A DNA stretch of 59,776 nt, counting the filler. It is 4 parts of 4 records of this genome, joined end to end, with 100 filler letters (N's around TTAATTAATTAA, not from the genome) between each part and the next. Parts side by side here need not be neighbours in the genome. Positions count along the whole stretch, not along the records: positions 47,650 to 59,776 come from SRR20825006_1625; 3 more parts are not named here. One strand, given 5' to 3'. Below are positions 58,091-59,776 of the stretch, piece by piece. The stretch's first letter is position 1; every line of letters starts with the position of its first letter. Position numbers and translations under genes: made by a program. Under the pieces are notes generated by a model that saw nothing but the letters and a program-made list of their open reading frames with translations, was not told where the DNA came from and ran no database searches.

Positions 58091-58903
58091 ATGGACGGGA
58101 CAGCAAGCGGCGAGAAAACGATGCTCCGGTCGACCCAAAGCGGTGTTCAATCCGTTGAAGTGGCCGGTATAATTCTGGATGCGCTGATTCAGGCCGATGG
58201 CCCCTTGAAGCTGGCCGAAGTTGCGGCTCTGGTTGAGATGCCCTCGGCCAAAGCTCACCGTTATCTGGTCAGCCTGATCCGAATCGGATTGGCTCTTCAG
58301 TCGAAGGAAACGTCGAAATACGACCTTGGGCCGACAGCCTTCCAGCTTGGCATCAAGGGCTTTGCCCGGTTTGAACCGCTCAAGGTGGCCGAACAGATGT
58401 TGCGCGACATGGTCGAGATGGTCGGTGAAACTGCCGCATTGGCAGTCTGGACCGAAAAGGGGCCGACCATGATCCGGGTGATCGAGGCGAGGCATGATTT
58501 CGCGACGACCATTGCACCCACACACCATTGCCCGCTGACCTTTTCGGCCACCGGCCTTCTGTTTGCCAGCTTCGAAGATACCGCGCGCACCGATGTCGTG
58601 ATCGAGCGCGAGTTGGAGCAGAACCGCAATGTCGGCCGAACCCACGCACCGAAGGATCGCAGCATCCTGGCAGAAATGATCGCCGAGACGCGTGGACAGG
58701 GCTATGCTGTAATGAACAACGGCGGCGGTGACGGGTTCGGTGCAGTCAGCGCGCCAATTTTTGACGTGACGGGGCGTCTTTGCATGGCGCTGACGGTCTT
58801 CGGCCGCACAGAAAGAGTAGACGCCAGCCCTGACGGCACCCTGGCCCGCATTGTGTCACGGACCGCCGGAAAGGTCTCATCTGCGTTCGGCCATAAGGTG
58901 TAG
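58091..58903 (+). CDS. IclR-family transcriptional regulator
   Basis: GVQSVE, KAHRYLVSL, YDLGP, SATG, AVSAPIFD. Confidence 0.93.
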   Translation: MDGTASGEKTMLRSTQSGVQSVEVAGIILDALIQADGPLKLAEVAALVEMPSAKAHRYLVSLIRIGLALQSKETSKYDLGPTAFQLGIKGFARFEPLKVAEQMLRDMVEMVGETAALAVWTEKGPTMIRVIEARHDFATTIAPTHHCPLTFSATGLLFASFEDTARTDVVIERELEQNRNVGRTHAPKDRSILAEMIAETRGQGYAVMNNGGGDGFGAVSAPIFDVTGRLCMALTVFGRTERVDASPDGTLARIVSRTAGKVSSAFGHKV

Positions 58904-59117
58904 GTCACCAGGAAAAGACCGAGGCGACATGCACAGATCACAAGAGCGAGTGGTTCCGGTGTGCTGCGCTGAGAAGTGTTACCTTCACTGACAGTCATGC
59001 TCTGGGCCGTGAACGTCGACTCCGCCGAATTCTGCGCAACGGGATGAGGTCGGACTGATGTCGGGGCAGCTTTGCGGCCTCAAGCGGAATCGAGGGTTTG
59101 GACGCAATCCTCGGTGG

Positions 59118-59309
59118 GGATCTGTCGCAAAGTTTCAAGTTGCTTGAAGAACGGCCTTCGCTGGACGCACCTATGCTGCGAGATCAGCAAACTGCTTGAA
59201 TGGCGGGATGCCTTTTTGAGCAAGCTGGCACTTACGGATCATGTGCGCCGTTTCAATCCCAGCTAGCGTTGCCGCAGCCGAATGGAACGCTTTGAAACCG
59301 AGCATTGGT
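59118..59309 (-). mobile_element. IS6-family remnant (transposase 3' end + terminal IR)
   Basis: PMLGFKAFHSAAATLAGIETAHMIRK; IR GGATCTGTCGCAAA at 59118. Confidence 0.85.
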
Positions 59310-59486
59310 GTGTCCGTCCGTTGAAGCCGCCCTATTGCGCTTGGGCGGTGCCTGTTACGCTGCTTGAGCAGCGTAACGCGAGGGAAGGAGCTCGTCGAGG
59401 CGTGTGATCTTGTGATCTGCGATCTGGGCAAGGACCCATGTGAGCCAGGCTTGGGGATCGACGTCGTTGAGTTTGGCGGTTTCGAT
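59310..59486 (-). mobile_element. IS66-family remnant (TnpC C-terminus + right end)
   Basis: [35 protein letters not shown], stop 59355; end GTGTCCGTCCG at 59310. Confidence 0.85.
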
Positions 59487-59776
59487 GGGACTGTTGCATT
59501 AATCGCAGGCCTCGGCCAACTTTGGGCTTTTGAGGTTGAGCATGCCGCGTAGATCCCCGTTCAAGCACCACCGTTTTCCACGTGACATCATCCTTTGCGC
59601 GGTACGGTGGTACTTGCGGTATCCGCTGTCCTATCAGGATGTTGTGGATTTGATGGCTGAGCGTGGGATCACGGTTGATCGGTCAACTGTGTTTCGATGG
59701 GTGAACAAGTTTGGCCCCGAGATCACGAAGCGAACGGAGAAGCACCTGCGCCGCGCCAGCCTGGACTGGCACGTCG
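59487..59776 (+). mobile_element. IS6-family element, left end and transposase start (ATG 59542)
   Basis: IR GGGACTGTTGCA; PFKHHRFPRDIILCAVRWYLRYPLSY...ERGITVDRSTVFRWV. Confidence 0.92.

Noticed and set aside
1-59776. CRISPR array, tRNA/rRNA genes, prophage, integron
   Set aside because: No repeat-spacer array, RNA gene body, phage structural gene or integrase was seen

Overview
The window is four unrelated assembly pieces joined by 100-nt N/TTAATTAATTAA linkers (17768-17867, 32631-32730, 47550-47649), so adjacency across linkers is meaningless. Piece 1 (1-17767, high GC, Roseobacter-like) holds a multi-PAS sensor kinase, a co-oriented epimerase / Hint-domain / TPR / TPR-GT32 glycosyltransferase cluster, the plcP-btaA-btaB phosphorus-free lipid operon and two TRAP transporter sets. 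Piece 2 (17868-32630) is Roseobacter-type core genome: ccrM, alkB, mutY, dciA-like, dsbA, CoA-transferase, lpxK, divergent waaA, pmbA, a PepSY-cytochrome b-LuxR module, DUF2125, SDR and enoyl-CoA hydratase. Piece 3 (32731-47549, visibly lower GC, probably a different alphaproteobacterium) holds the clpB end, a frameshifted PAS/receiver gene, a TonB-dependent receptor locus with two TPR-sulfotransferases, a TPR-2OG-Fe(II) oxygenase and a decayed second receptor plus prolyl-hydroxylase-like remnant, an M23 peptidase, and what looks like an rRNA-operon promoter/boxA at the contig end. Piece 4 (47650-59776) is mobile accessory DNA: a divergent family-1 uracil-DNA glycosylase, a wHTH protein, ardC flanked by strand-specific G:T hairpins, AIPR plus an uncalled 44-aa membrane ORF, an IclR-controlled SDR/flavoprotein/TRAP catabolic unit and nested IS6/IS66 fragments. 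The best candidates for undescribed systems are the TBDR-TPR-sulfotransferase-oxygenase locus, the Hint-TPR-GT32 locus and the accessory UNG/AIPR/ArdC region. All product calls come from motif recognition by eye; no searches were run.
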